A DNA stretch of 39,686 nucleotides from a virus (lineage: Duplodnaviria; Caudoviricetes): IMG/VR virus record IMGVR_UViG_3300037755_000562, positions 1-39,686 of that record; one strand, given 5' to 3'. Below, in pieces: positions 9,956-19,323 of the stretch. Position numbers and translations under genes: made by a program. The first letter of the stretch is position 1. Each line of letters begins with the position of its first letter. Under the pieces are notes generated by a model, which was given only the letters and a program-made list of their open reading frames with translations, did not search any database and was not told the DNA's origin.

Positions 9956-10435
9956 ATGGCCAGGGTACTAGCATTCGATATAGCGCTAAGGTTTGGTTGG
10001 TCCGTAGTGGATGACGGCGTACTGGTCGCGTCTGGGTACGTCCTGGTCAAGGGGAAAGAGATAGGGCCACGGTATCTCAATGCTTACAGCGCGTTTGCAG
10101 AACTACTGGACGAGTCCAAGCCTGACTTTGTGGCTGCGGAGAGAGTGAACTTCTCGAGGTACAGACTGGCGTACGGGTCATACAGATCTCTACGGGCCGT
10201 ATTACTGTTAGCCTGCGAAGAGCGCGGGTTGGACGTCGTGGAAGTAGACGTCAAAGCCCTCAAGGAGTTCTGGGCGGGCAAAGGTAGTGCGTCCAAGGCC
10301 GACATGTGCGAGAAGGCGCGACGCCGGACAGGCGTGTCGGTCTACACCGAGGAGGATGGCGGTCTTCCAGGCGAGGAAGACCAGGCCGACGCCATCGCCG
10401 TTGGGTTCTGGGCCGATGAGCACTACGAGACATAA
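9956..10435 (+). CDS. RuvC-like Holliday junction resolvase
   Basis: VLAFD, AAE, GKGSASKADM, DQADAIAVG motifs. Confidence 0.85.
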   Translation: MARVLAFDIALRFGWSVVDDGVLVASGYVLVKGKEIGPRYLNAYSAFAELLDESKPDFVAAERVNFSRYRLAYGSYRSLRAVLLLACEERGLDVVEVDVKALKEFWAGKGSASKADMCEKARRRTGVSVYTEEDGGLPGEEDQADAIAVGFWADEHYET

Positions 10436-10487
10436 ACAACGAGAGAAAGTACTTTGTCACCGTGGGGCAACCACGGCGGAGGTTCGA

Positions 10488-10877
10488 ATGACGAGATCTA
10501 TCTGTTTTTCAGTTTTGCTGGCCTTGGCTGGCTGCTCTAGCACCATGCACCGGGTCGCCGTAAACGGCGAGCGGATCCTAGTGGCAGGAGACCAGGCCTG
10601 GGGTGAGTACGTGGACGATGTCCTCGAGCGCTGCGCAGCGGCCGCCACAGACGCGGCCACGTGGGAGGCCTGTATAGCCGACACCCGCGATGTGGACGAG
10701 AAGATTGGCAAGGCACTGACTGCTTCGGTGAAGGCCCTACGCGTCTACTGGAAGGCGGCGGCCGCACAGGACCGGGCCGGCATGTTGTCCGCCTTGAAAG
10801 AACTAGCCATCGCGGCACAGGACCTTCCGGACGAGCAGTTCGGCGGTATCAAAAGCCTTCTTTCACGCTTTCTCTAG
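10488..10877 (+). CDS. putative lipoprotein
   Basis: GGAGG RBS; signal peptide MTRSICFSVLLALAG-C with lipobox LAGC; helical body. Confidence 0.75.
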   Translation: MTRSICFSVLLALAGCSSTMHRVAVNGERILVAGDQAWGEYVDDVLERCAAAATDAATWEACIADTRDVDEKIGKALTASVKALRVYWKAAAAQDRAGMLSALKELAIAAQDLPDEQFGGIKSLLSRFL

Positions 10878-10896
10878 GAAGTAACGGAGCACACAA

Positions 10897-11097
10897 ATGG
10901 GCGTACTCACATCAGTAGTCAGTGTCCTGGGCATCCTTGCCAAGATGGTCGAGCAGATCCGCGAGGGTATCCAACAGGGTGTCCCCGAGAAGGAGATCCT
11001 AGCCAGGTTGGCCGACCCGAACGGCGTGGGCCAGGAGATCCTGGACGCGGTCAAAGAGCGCGCGGACAAGTTCCAGAACCCGTTTCTGCAGGACTAG
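10897..11097 (+). CDS. small protein with hydrophobic/amphipathic N-terminus
   Basis: GGAG RBS; follows the lipoprotein. Confidence 0.65.
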   Translation: MGVLTSVVSVLGILAKMVEQIREGIQQGVPEKEILARLADPNGVGQEILDAVKERADKFQNPFLQD

Positions 11098-11100
11098 GCC

Positions 11101-11439
11101 ATGTCAGACGAGCGTAGGCAGGTTCCGGGGTTCCCCAGTTACTACGTCACGTTGGGCGGAGTTCTGTTCGTAGAGACAGTGTTTGGCGGCGTTTCTGTGC
11201 ACAGGAGGGTTCCTTCCAGGCCTAGCGGGAAGGTTCTCCTGGTACACGGCAACCACACGAAGTCCGCCGCCGTGGATGACCTGGTGCGCCAGGCCTTCCC
11301 GGAGTGTGTTTCCGCCCAAGCCGGGGTGGTCAACAAACTCGAGCTGAACGCGGTTGACGACGAGGACTTACGGCTTATGTTGGAGATGGAAGCCGAGGAG
11401 GGGGACGATGATGATGACAATGACAGCGAAGATTCTTGA
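11101..11439 (+). CDS. NUMOD4-like domain protein lacking HNH, with acidic tail
   Basis: RRQVPGFPSYYVTLGG and VLL..G..K...VDDLVRQAF resemble NUMOD4; tail EEGDDDDDNDSEDS. Confidence 0.55.
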   Translation: MSDERRQVPGFPSYYVTLGGVLFVETVFGGVSVHRRVPSRPSGKVLLVHGNHTKSAAVDDLVRQAFPECVSAQAGVVNKLELNAVDDEDLRLMLEMEAEEGDDDDDNDSEDS

Positions 11440-12052
11440 TATCGCGGACTTTGTGGCCGACAAGTGCATTGTAACGGCCGTAGACGTGGCGAAAGAGTTC
11501 GGGTTGTCCCTGGACGCGGCGTCCGCGCTTATGGAAAGTCTTCCCTTCGACACAGAGGAGGGTCTTGGAACCTACTCTCTCAAGAGCACCGTAGATGACT
11601 TCATCTCTGAGGTTGACTGCGACGAGCTGGTATCCAACAGGGTGTCAGCCTTGGGTCTGCGCTTGGACGGCGACTTCCGCAGGAAGATTGTGGAAGGTAT
11701 GGTAGATATACACGAAAAACTGCTTTCCATAGAGGAAAAGGTAGACGAGATGGCAAAAGGCAAGACAAGGCCAGGAGTGCGCCGACGGCGGCGCGGAGAA
11801 CTACTGCAGCCAACTCCGGGCGATACGCCTGAGTTGCTCGAGATTCGTAGAGAGGCCGGCGCAGAGATCGCCAAGGCCCACGCGACAGGCGACCGTAAGG
11901 TTTACCAAACCACGTACCAGCGTTGGTACCAGCGGGTGAAGTCCGCAGAACGGCGCGCCGGCATTGGCGTGGAAGCCGAGGCCGAGCCAGGTAATGCCAG
12001 CATCAACTCTGCCGAATGTGAGAAAACGGACAGCGCAATTTCTGCGGGGTAA
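11408..12052 (+). CDS. hypothetical protein, possible N-terminal HTH
   Basis: GAGGAGG upstream of ATG run; VTAVDVAKEFGLSLDAAS is HTH-like. Confidence 0.6.
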   Translation: MMMTMTAKILDIADFVADKCIVTAVDVAKEFGLSLDAASALMESLPFDTEEGLGTYSLKSTVDDFISEVDCDELVSNRVSALGLRLDGDFRRKIVEGMVDIHEKLLSIEEKVDEMAKGKTRPGVRRRRRGELLQPTPGDTPELLEIRREAGAEIAKAHATGDRKVYQTTYQRWYQRVKSAERRAGIGVEAEAEPGNASINSAECEKTDSAISAG

Positions 12053-12265
12053 GTGCGCGTAATGAGCATTTTCGAACGAGTATCAAAGCGGGCGCGGCGC
12101 CGTTACTGGGAAGTAAGGCACGGCCAACCCTCCGACGACACTTTCCCCTCTGAGCAGGTCGAGTCGCTAATGGCAGCCGTGTGCGAGGTCCTGGAGGAAG
12201 AACTGTCTGCTATGCGCGCAGACATAGCCCTCGGCGCCCCCCACTTGCGCGCGTTCAGGGGCTGA
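12053..12265 (+). CDS. hypothetical protein
   Basis: Abuts previous stop. Confidence 0.55.
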   Translation: MRVMSIFERVSKRARRRYWEVRHGQPSDDTFPSEQVESLMAAVCEVLEEELSAMRADIALGAPHLRAFRG

Positions 12266-12270
12266 CCGCT

Positions 12271-12525
12271 ATGCCGGACGACCCAAAAAGCGAGCTCGAC
12301 TACATCTGCCAGGTGCTAGTGACATTCGAGGACTTCCTGCAGAAAAGGAAGTTCGTGGACGCAAGAGCTGCGCTGTCTTACCTATTGGTGGCAGAAGTTA
12401 GAATAGAGAGCGGAGTGCCTGTAGGTCATGCGGGGCCAGACATGGCAGAATACGCTATGGAAGTTCTGGACAAAGCTTTGAAAGACATTGCTTCCGAGTT
12501 TGAGCGGCGTGTTGCGTTGAACTAG
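12271..12525 (+). CDS. hypothetical protein
   Basis: ATG 5 nt after previous stop. Confidence 0.55.
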   Translation: MPDDPKSELDYICQVLVTFEDFLQKRKFVDARAALSYLLVAEVRIESGVPVGHAGPDMAEYAMEVLDKALKDIASEFERRVALN

Positions 12526-12540
12526 AATGTTGTAGTCAGA

Positions 12541-12690
12541 ATGTCTCCTCGGAAGAAAAAGAAGCGCGCGCGAAATTGGCACGCGCTAAACGCGATACTG
12601 AACAGACCCGTGGGCAGGTTCAAGGATCAGCGCAAGGAGAATTCGCGCCTGGCATGCCGCGGGCGGTTTTGTCGAGACAAAGATCAGTAG
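12541..12690 (+). CDS. small basic protein (49 aa; not in ORF track)
   Basis: MSPRKKKKRARNWHALNAILNRPVGRFKDQRKENSRLACRGRFCRDKDQ, read directly from the sequence. Confidence 0.5.
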   Translation: MSPRKKKKRARNWHALNAILNRPVGRFKDQRKENSRLACRGRFCRDKDQ

Positions 12691-12789
12691 TCTCGCTTAT
12701 TGTTACATAGACTACATATAAACCATGCCGATGATCAACGAACAAGACATCATTTCTCAGGGAACACGGCTGGACGGGGGCACTAAATA

Positions 12790-15210
12790 ATGGCCGGCCA
12801 AACTCAATACTTCGTCGCTGCTTATGACAACGAGGCCTCAGGACCTTTCCTCGCTGAGGGAGCATCGCTCACCTGGCCGGGCGGGACCGGCTTCGTCGTC
12901 ACTGTCGTGGACGACGGCGCCACAGGCAAACTCCAGTGCGCGCTGGTCAGCGGGGACATCCCCACCAACGACGAGCAGCTGACGCAGGGCAGCACCACGG
13001 CCGATACAAACGGGCCGGCGCCAAACGGTGACTCTGAGTTGATGCTCTACCCCGCGTATGCGCGCGTCGACCTGGCCGTGGCGGCCAGCGGCGTTACGAC
13101 GTGGACGGGCCCAGCGCTGGGGGCTACGCACTCGCTCTTCTACGACGGACAGACGTCGAACGTGGTGGTCGGCGAGATTTTGACGTTCCAAGACGGCCAG
13201 CAGTGTGAGGTCGTCACCGTCGAGAGCGACGCCGGCGCCTCCGGCGAGCTGAGCGTCCGTTGGATCTCGTTTGTGGACACGCTTGGGTTTCCCGACGACG
13301 ACGACACGTTCACCGGTGACATCGCCGGCGATGGCGTGCTCAACGGGGTGGTCCACCCGCGCGCCTATACCCCACTGCACCTTCACCGTCTGTACAGTGA
13401 CCTCAACGACGACCGCGGCCCCGCGGGCGATGACTTCCTGGCGGTGTACGACCCAGACGCGTCGGCCAAGGACACCGACCAGATCGTTCGCCTTTTGAAC
13501 GTCACGGTGACCGATGAGGTCGTGCAGCACATGTACGGTGGCTCGGTCGAGCAGGATGACGGTGACACGCTGTATTCGGGTTGGAATGTTCAGCTCGTTG
13601 ACCCCGACGCCCTGACCGCCCCTGTGCTGATTCAGAACGACGCGATCATCACTGACTACTGGGGCAACTCATACAACCCCGACTCGATTGCTGGTCGAGT
13701 TCGCCTGATGGTCAAGACCCGCAGTGACGGCGTGGACATCGACGGCAAGCGCGTCAAGGGCAAGATCCTGCGCTACGGCCACGCCTACTTCGAGGGCAGC
13801 ACCACACTCGGCACTGCCACCACCGCGCTGACCCTGTTCACCAGCGTGGACACAAACAACCAGACTGTAGAGGGCACCGTAGCCGGCGCCCCCTACAACA
13901 CGGTCGTGGTCGATGAGGGGTACCAGCTCGTCGACTTCAACAACGGTAACGGGGCCACCCCGTTCGCGTTGTCGTTCGATCTCGGGTCGGCCACCAAGGC
14001 GCAGTCTTATGAGCGGTGGAAGTACATCCAGCGCGAGGGTACTTCGGAGACACTGTTCGGGCGCAATGCCCAACTGGTCACCGGCGTCACGCTCAACTTC
14101 GCCTACCAGAACGAGGTGGGTGGCCCGTTCAGCGAGAACGAGGTCGTGGCATGGGGCACCGAGGTCCCCTACACGGGAGAGTCCGGCGGGCCGTTCACGG
14201 TTGGCAATGTGATTGTGGGGGATTCGTCCGGCGCGCGTGGTCGGGTCATCTACCTGGACGACCAGGGTACTACGGGCACACTGATCGTTGCGCAGGACGC
14301 CGGGGGCACCCCGTTCAGCAACACTGAGGCGTTCACTGAGTATGCCGACGGAGTTGCCACGGGAGCCACCGGCACTACAGGCGCCGTGGTCACCAACTCC
14401 GCCTTTGGCCGCGGCCTGCTTATGGCGCTCGACGACGCGGGCACAACGGGAAATCTGTATCTCCAGTCCCTGATCGGCCTGACCCCCTCCAACGGGCAGA
14501 CGCTTTTCGGGCAGACCAGTCTGGCCACATGTGACGTGAACGGCAGCCCGTCCACGCGCGTGATCAACAACCAGTACGTCGGTGTGTTCACCGGTGCCGA
14601 CTTTCAGACCAACTTTGGCATCGCACTGGACCCGTCTGACGCGGGCGCCAGCGACCGGCTGCTCAACCTGCTCGGAGTTCAGCAGGCCCCGCCCAACAAT
14701 CAGCAGGGACAGGTCACCGGCGGCAACGCTGGAGACTACCTCACGGTGTACCCATGGGACGGCTCCACGCAGGATGTCAACGGGTTCGCGGAACCCAACT
14801 TCGACGAGGCTACCCTCACATCTGCGCTTACTGCTGGGGCGAGTACATCCGTGGAAGTGACTTCGATCCCGGCCAATACCCCCGCCGCTGGGTTCCTTCG
14901 GGTCGAGCGAGACAGCGACAACGAGCTGGACCTGCTTGAGTACAGCTCGTGGTCTGGGACCACGTACACGCTCGTGGGTACGGCACCGAGCACTGCGTCG
15001 ATCGGGAACAATGTGATGCGAGCCCTGATCGATAAGCCTTGGTCCACCACCGGCGTCCCCGAGAGCTACACGGCCGTCCAGACCGGAAGCAACCAGGTTA
15101 CGATCACGCTCAAGCGCGGCGGTGTGAGTCCGATCAAGCCGTCCCACGGTACGGCTACGTTCGGGTCGTCTGGCTTCACCAGCGCCGTGCAGAGGATCTC
15201 GGATGCATGA
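12790..15210 (+). CDS. putative virion structural (tail/fibre-associated) protein
   Basis: 806 aa, G/T/D-rich beta-type composition with repeated GxFxxGExI-like modules; ends SDA. Confidence 0.65.
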   Translation: MAGQTQYFVAAYDNEASGPFLAEGASLTWPGGTGFVVTVVDDGATGKLQCALVSGDIPTNDEQLTQGSTTADTNGPAPNGDSELMLYPAYARVDLAVAASGVTTWTGPALGATHSLFYDGQTSNVVVGEILTFQDGQQCEVVTVESDAGASGELSVRWISFVDTLGFPDDDDTFTGDIAGDGVLNGVVHPRAYTPLHLHRLYSDLNDDRGPAGDDFLAVYDPDASAKDTDQIVRLLNVTVTDEVVQHMYGGSVEQDDGDTLYSGWNVQLVDPDALTAPVLIQNDAIITDYWGNSYNPDSIAGRVRLMVKTRSDGVDIDGKRVKGKILRYGHAYFEGSTTLGTATTALTLFTSVDTNNQTVEGTVAGAPYNTVVVDEGYQLVDFNNGNGATPFALSFDLGSATKAQSYERWKYIQREGTSETLFGRNAQLVTGVTLNFAYQNEVGGPFSENEVVAWGTEVPYTGESGGPFTVGNVIVGDSSGARGRVIYLDDQGTTGTLIVAQDAGGTPFSNTEAFTEYADGVATGATGTTGAVVTNSAFGRGLLMALDDAGTTGNLYLQSLIGLTPSNGQTLFGQTSLATCDVNGSPSTRVINNQYVGVFTGADFQTNFGIALDPSDAGASDRLLNLLGVQQAPPNNQQGQVTGGNAGDYLTVYPWDGSTQDVNGFAEPNFDEATLTSALTAGASTSVEVTSIPANTPAAGFLRVERDSDNELDLLEYSSWSGTTYTLVGTAPSTASIGNNVMRALIDKPWSTTGVPESYTAVQTGSNQVTITLKRGGVSPIKPSHGTATFGSSGFTSAVQRISDA

Positions 15211-15635
15211 AGCCCAAGTCCTTTGGCGTTTGCCTTCATTTTGAGGACAACGACCGTGACGTGTGGTCAGGCCGCCCGGTCGACTTGGACGCTTGGCGAT
15301 ACGCGCTGCGGGCGTTCGGCGGCAACCGCCTCGCGGTGGTGAACCTGACCGGCGCCGAACTGGCCGTCCACGACGAGCATCTGCGCTTCGAGCAACACGC
15401 GTCCCTCGAGGAGTTCGTGGATCTCCACGAGAAGGAGCATCTAGTGTTCGTGGAGCTTGGGGGGCCCAACCTACGCGACTTCTCGCACCCCGGGGACTGC
15501 TGGTACGTGTTCGGGGGAACGTCGGTGACGCTGCCTCGTGCCGATATCACGGTCCCCACGTGTGGTGTGGTGCTCCACCCGGTCCATGCGGCGCAGATCG
15601 TGTTGTGGGATCGCGCGTCCAAGGAGAGCGCATAG
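15207..15635 (+). CDS. SPOUT (SpoU/TrmH-like) methyltransferase-like protein
   Basis: LRDFSHP..WYVFG...ITVP..LHPVHAAQIVLWDR matches the layout of the SpoU C-terminal knot; ATGA-coupled. Confidence 0.55.
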   Translation: MKPKSFGVCLHFEDNDRDVWSGRPVDLDAWRYALRAFGGNRLAVVNLTGAELAVHDEHLRFEQHASLEEFVDLHEKEHLVFVELGGPNLRDFSHPGDCWYVFGGTSVTLPRADITVPTCGVVLHPVHAAQIVLWDRASKESA

Positions 15636-17438
15636 GTGGCCGCGCCAACGTGGGCGGTCGTGGGAACACGGCTTTCAGACGCAGACGCCCTAACAGGGTG
15701 GGACGCCGGCAACATCAGCACCGATGACCAGCCCGTGCAGGGTAGCTCACCGATTGGGCAAAAGATCAGCGGCACTTTGGCGGGGTTCGGCTACACCCAC
15801 GGGTCCACATTCGACCTGAGTGGCGCCGACCGCCGATGCATGTACCTGTGGATGAACTGCCTGTCAGGCATCGACACTCTAGCCAACGGTGGCCTGCGAA
15901 TGCGCGTGGGCAACGATACGTCAAACTTCAATGAGTATGACGTTGCGGGGTCGGACACATACACGGGCGGATGGCGGAAGCGCGCCGTGTCACCTCGGGC
16001 GACACCAGCCCGCACGACCGGGACCCCGAGTCTCACCGCTGTCGACTACTTCGCGGGGTTCTTCGATGTGGTCGTTTCGATCATGGGTAACTTCAACAAC
16101 GCACTCGTGGACGCGTTGGACCTGCTCGAAGCGATCCGCATGACAGATGGGGACGGGACCACCCCCGGAACGTTCGTCCGGTTTCAGACATTCGACACAG
16201 GCACGCCAGCCAACCAGTACGGAGTGATCCGTGACGAGGGCGGCGTGTTCTTCATCCAGGGACGTCTGTACATAGGTGACGACAGCACCACCACACTGTT
16301 CGACGACCGCAGCGGAGCCGTGGTGGTGTTTGAGGACGCGCAGGTAGACACGGACTTCTACGAGATCCGGCTGACCGCCAGTGCGTCGCTTCAGCTCGGA
16401 GAGTTGTCGGGAGGAGCCCCGATCGCCGGCGCCACGATCCTCAGCTCCGGCCCCGCGTGGTATCTGAATCTGTCCGCCGGAACCGCGGACCTGTACGGGT
16501 GCACGTTCGGCCAGACGCGGATCTCCACGCTGACCAGCAACGTGACCGCGATCAACTGCGCGTGGGTGGAGGGGGGCACAATCACTGCCGATGGGGCCGA
16601 CCTCACCGGGTCTCGCGTGATCAACCCCACCGTGGCAGCCGATGGGTCGGCCGTGGCTTGGAACGTGGCCACCGATCCCGACGGCCTGGTAGACGGCATG
16701 CTTATTCAGAAGGGGGCGGAAGCTCACCACGCGCTAGAGTTTGGCACGTCATCCCCAACAACTAGCATCACTCTGCGTGGCATCGACTTCATCGGATTCA
16801 ACGCCAGCAACGCTCAGAATGACTCGACTTTCAACGTGCTGCGCACGTCCGGGACTGTGACGATCAACATCGTCGGGTGCACCGGCAACTTCTCATACAA
16901 GACCGCCGGCGCCGCAGTGGTGGTGGTTGAGGATCCGGTGACGCTCACAATCACGGCGGTGGACTCGCAGACAGGTGACCCGATTCAGGGTGCGCGCGCA
17001 CTTGTCCTGGCGGGCACCAGTTACACAGGTGGGGATGCAGTGTCGATCACGCGCTCAGGCTCCACGGCCACCGTGGCCCACACATCACACGGGTTCGAAA
17101 CAGGGGACCTAGTGCGGGTCCGTGGCGCGGTGGAGCAGGAGTACAACGGGATTTTCACGGTCACGGTCACCGGAGCCAACGAGTACACCTACACCGTCAG
17201 CGGGACCCCGGCGACCCCGGCCACGGGCAGCCCCGTGAGCGTCCTGGTGATTGTCGACGCGCTCACCAACGCAAGCGGCCAGGTCAGCGACACGCGCTCC
17301 TGGGGGTCCAACCAGGCGTTTGTGGGGCGCCTACGCCGCGGGTCTACGGCCCCCACGTACAAAACGCAGCCTGTGTCGGGCACAATCGACAGCGCCGCAG
17401 GAGCCAGCGCTACCGTGGCGTTGGTTTCTGACGCATGA
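15636..17438 (+). CDS. putative tail fibre/adhesin-like structural protein
   Basis: 600 aa, T/G/A-rich; ITRSGSTATV..SHGFETGD.V.V.GA...YNG.FTVT FCCH-like module seen in phage tail proteins; ends SDA. Confidence 0.65.
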   Translation: MAAPTWAVVGTRLSDADALTGWDAGNISTDDQPVQGSSPIGQKISGTLAGFGYTHGSTFDLSGADRRCMYLWMNCLSGIDTLANGGLRMRVGNDTSNFNEYDVAGSDTYTGGWRKRAVSPRATPARTTGTPSLTAVDYFAGFFDVVVSIMGNFNNALVDALDLLEAIRMTDGDGTTPGTFVRFQTFDTGTPANQYGVIRDEGGVFFIQGRLYIGDDSTTTLFDDRSGAVVVFEDAQVDTDFYEIRLTASASLQLGELSGGAPIAGATILSSGPAWYLNLSAGTADLYGCTFGQTRISTLTSNVTAINCAWVEGGTITADGADLTGSRVINPTVAADGSAVAWNVATDPDGLVDGMLIQKGAEAHHALEFGTSSPTTSITLRGIDFIGFNASNAQNDSTFNVLRTSGTVTINIVGCTGNFSYKTAGAAVVVVEDPVTLTITAVDSQTGDPIQGARALVLAGTSYTGGDAVSITRSGSTATVAHTSHGFETGDLVRVRGAVEQEYNGIFTVTVTGANEYTYTVSGTPATPATGSPVSVLVIVDALTNASGQVSDTRSWGSNQAFVGRLRRGSTAPTYKTQPVSGTIDSAAGASATVALVSDA

Positions 17439-17446
17439 GGTAGAAC

Positions 17447-18847
17447 ATGGCGATTGACGTTGATTGGGCCGGCAGCGACCCCACTAATCCCCACAGGATC
17501 TTCATCCCACGGGCTGACATGCCCGTCGTCCAAGCGTCTCCTGAGATCCGCGAACTGGACGTCGACCAGCTACGTTTAGACCTGCGATCGATAGAAGCCA
17601 ACTTGACCGGGTCTCCGTGGCCGGAGACACACAAGCATCAGGCGGAGTCTGTGCTCAGCGGCACTACCTTCGCGCGGATTGTGGAGATCCTATCACCGTA
17701 CCAGGTTGAGTTCGAGGATGGCCAGTACAGTGTTCGCGCTGTCGGGGCGAATCACAACCTGCTGGATGTCAAAGTGAACAATCAGGTCTCGCTCGCTGTG
17801 TTCCTGAGCTCGGGGCTGATCAACTCGCCAGAGATCCAGGATGCCAGTTTTGATGGCGTCGTTGCGGTCGATGTATCTTCCCCCTATTCTGGTGCTGCTT
17901 ACCCTGTAGGTAGCCGCCGAAGGCCGGCAAACAACCTGGCTGACGCCGTGCTGATCGCCGATGCGCGCGGGATATCCGAGTTCGACGTCCGGGGCGACCT
18001 GACGATCAGCGGGGTAGACGTCGCGGGCTACTCGTTTGTCGGGAAAAACCACCATGTGACGATCACGGTGGACGCGTCGGCGGACACGACAGACTGCGCG
18101 TTCGAGAATGTGACATTGCAGGGGGAACTGAGCGGGCAGGCGCATGTGCGGGACTGTTTCTGCATCGACGTCATCAACGTGTCGGGGCACATCACATCCT
18201 CGTGCCTGCGCGGTACGATCACCGCAGCGCCAGGTGTGCTGCGGGTGATCGACTGCTGGGACGGGCTTGCGGGTGCCGGTGCCCCCGCGCTCGACTTTGC
18301 AGGGCAGGCGACAGAGCTGCTCGTGCGCTCCTACCGGGGGGCGCTCACGTTGCGGAACAAGACGGGCGCCGAGGGGGCGAGCATCGATCTGATGCCTGGC
18401 CGGGTGACCCTTGAGCCCACCGTAACGAGCGGCACGTTCATCGTGAAGGGTTTAGGCCCGCCGGTGGATGATCAAAGCACAGGGTCCGTGACCTTGGACG
18501 AAACAGCTCTAGTCAGTCCCGGAAGTCTTGCGGAGACCGTCGTGGTGTCAAAGGCACACCTTGCTGTTGCGTATGACAGTGATGGCGGTTTGCTGGACAT
18601 GCAAGTGTGGGCTGAGCGTGGTCACATAAAGGTTTCTCCAACAGCCATGCAGGTCGACATGTATGACACGTCCGGGGCGCTGGTCCTCTCCGCCACGCAA
18701 GCAGACGCGGTGTTGGCCGCGGATGTTTACCATGTTGGCGATCGTCCGATTGTCCTGGCGCCCCTCGCCACTTACCGTGTCGAAGTTTCCGTTACAGACG
18801 CTGTAGGAACAATCGTACAAACACGGTCGGTTGTAACCACGCCATGA
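17447..18847 (+). CDS. putative virion structural protein
   Basis: GAGG RBS; beta-helix-like middle region; third large gene of the cassette. Confidence 0.6.
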   Translation: MAIDVDWAGSDPTNPHRIFIPRADMPVVQASPEIRELDVDQLRLDLRSIEANLTGSPWPETHKHQAESVLSGTTFARIVEILSPYQVEFEDGQYSVRAVGANHNLLDVKVNNQVSLAVFLSSGLINSPEIQDASFDGVVAVDVSSPYSGAAYPVGSRRRPANNLADAVLIADARGISEFDVRGDLTISGVDVAGYSFVGKNHHVTITVDASADTTDCAFENVTLQGELSGQAHVRDCFCIDVINVSGHITSSCLRGTITAAPGVLRVIDCWDGLAGAGAPALDFAGQATELLVRSYRGALTLRNKTGAEGASIDLMPGRVTLEPTVTSGTFIVKGLGPPVDDQSTGSVTLDETALVSPGSLAETVVVSKAHLAVAYDSDGGLLDMQVWAERGHIKVSPTAMQVDMYDTSGALVLSATQADAVLAADVYHVGDRPIVLAPLATYRVEVSVTDAVGTIVQTRSVVTTP

Positions 18848-18870
18848 TCGAACTGTCTGTTGATCACGCG

Positions 18871-19287
18871 CTAGGGAAGGCTCCCGCTAAGGGACCACTC
18901 GATCACGCCCTCGCCCTGTACCTCTACTAGGGATATTCCCTCGTCTGCGGAGGGTTCGATCATGAACATGCCCTTAGACGCTATAGGATACACGGTGGTG
19001 CCCTGGGTGGCGTGCGTGACACGAACGTCTAGGTCCCCGCCAGACTTGCTCCGCACGTACAGGAGCCGCCCTGTGAGACTTGCGGGGGCAGGCAGCGCGA
19101 CGAACGCTGACGGTGAGGAGATGGCATAACTTTTTTGGCCAATTTCCGTGTCTGCCGACTGGCGCCCCGTACCTAGTTGGGGTGTGTAGAATGTGCCGGG
19201 GTCCGAACTCCCCGCGTCACAGGACCCGGAGGAGGACTCCTTGACGACGATGTTCGTAGGAGACAGTGAAATACTCAAGCTAGGCAT
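18871..19287 (-). CDS. hypothetical protein
   Basis: Clean ORF; TAGAGT 6 nt before the ATG. Confidence 0.65.
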   Translation of the reverse strand: MPSLSISLSPTNIVVKESSSGSCDAGSSDPGTFYTPQLGTGRQSADTEIGQKSYAISSPSAFVALPAPASLTGRLLYVRSKSGGDLDVRVTHATQGTTVYPIASKGMFMIEPSADEGISLVEVQGEGVIEWSLSGSLP

Positions 19288-19323
19288 GGTGAGACTCTAT
19301 TACTGCGAAAAACGGTCTACAAG

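Noticed and set aside
13669-15147. 492-aa minus-strand ORF and similar long antisense ORFs
   Set aside because: Shadow frames of GC-rich genes with no motifs.
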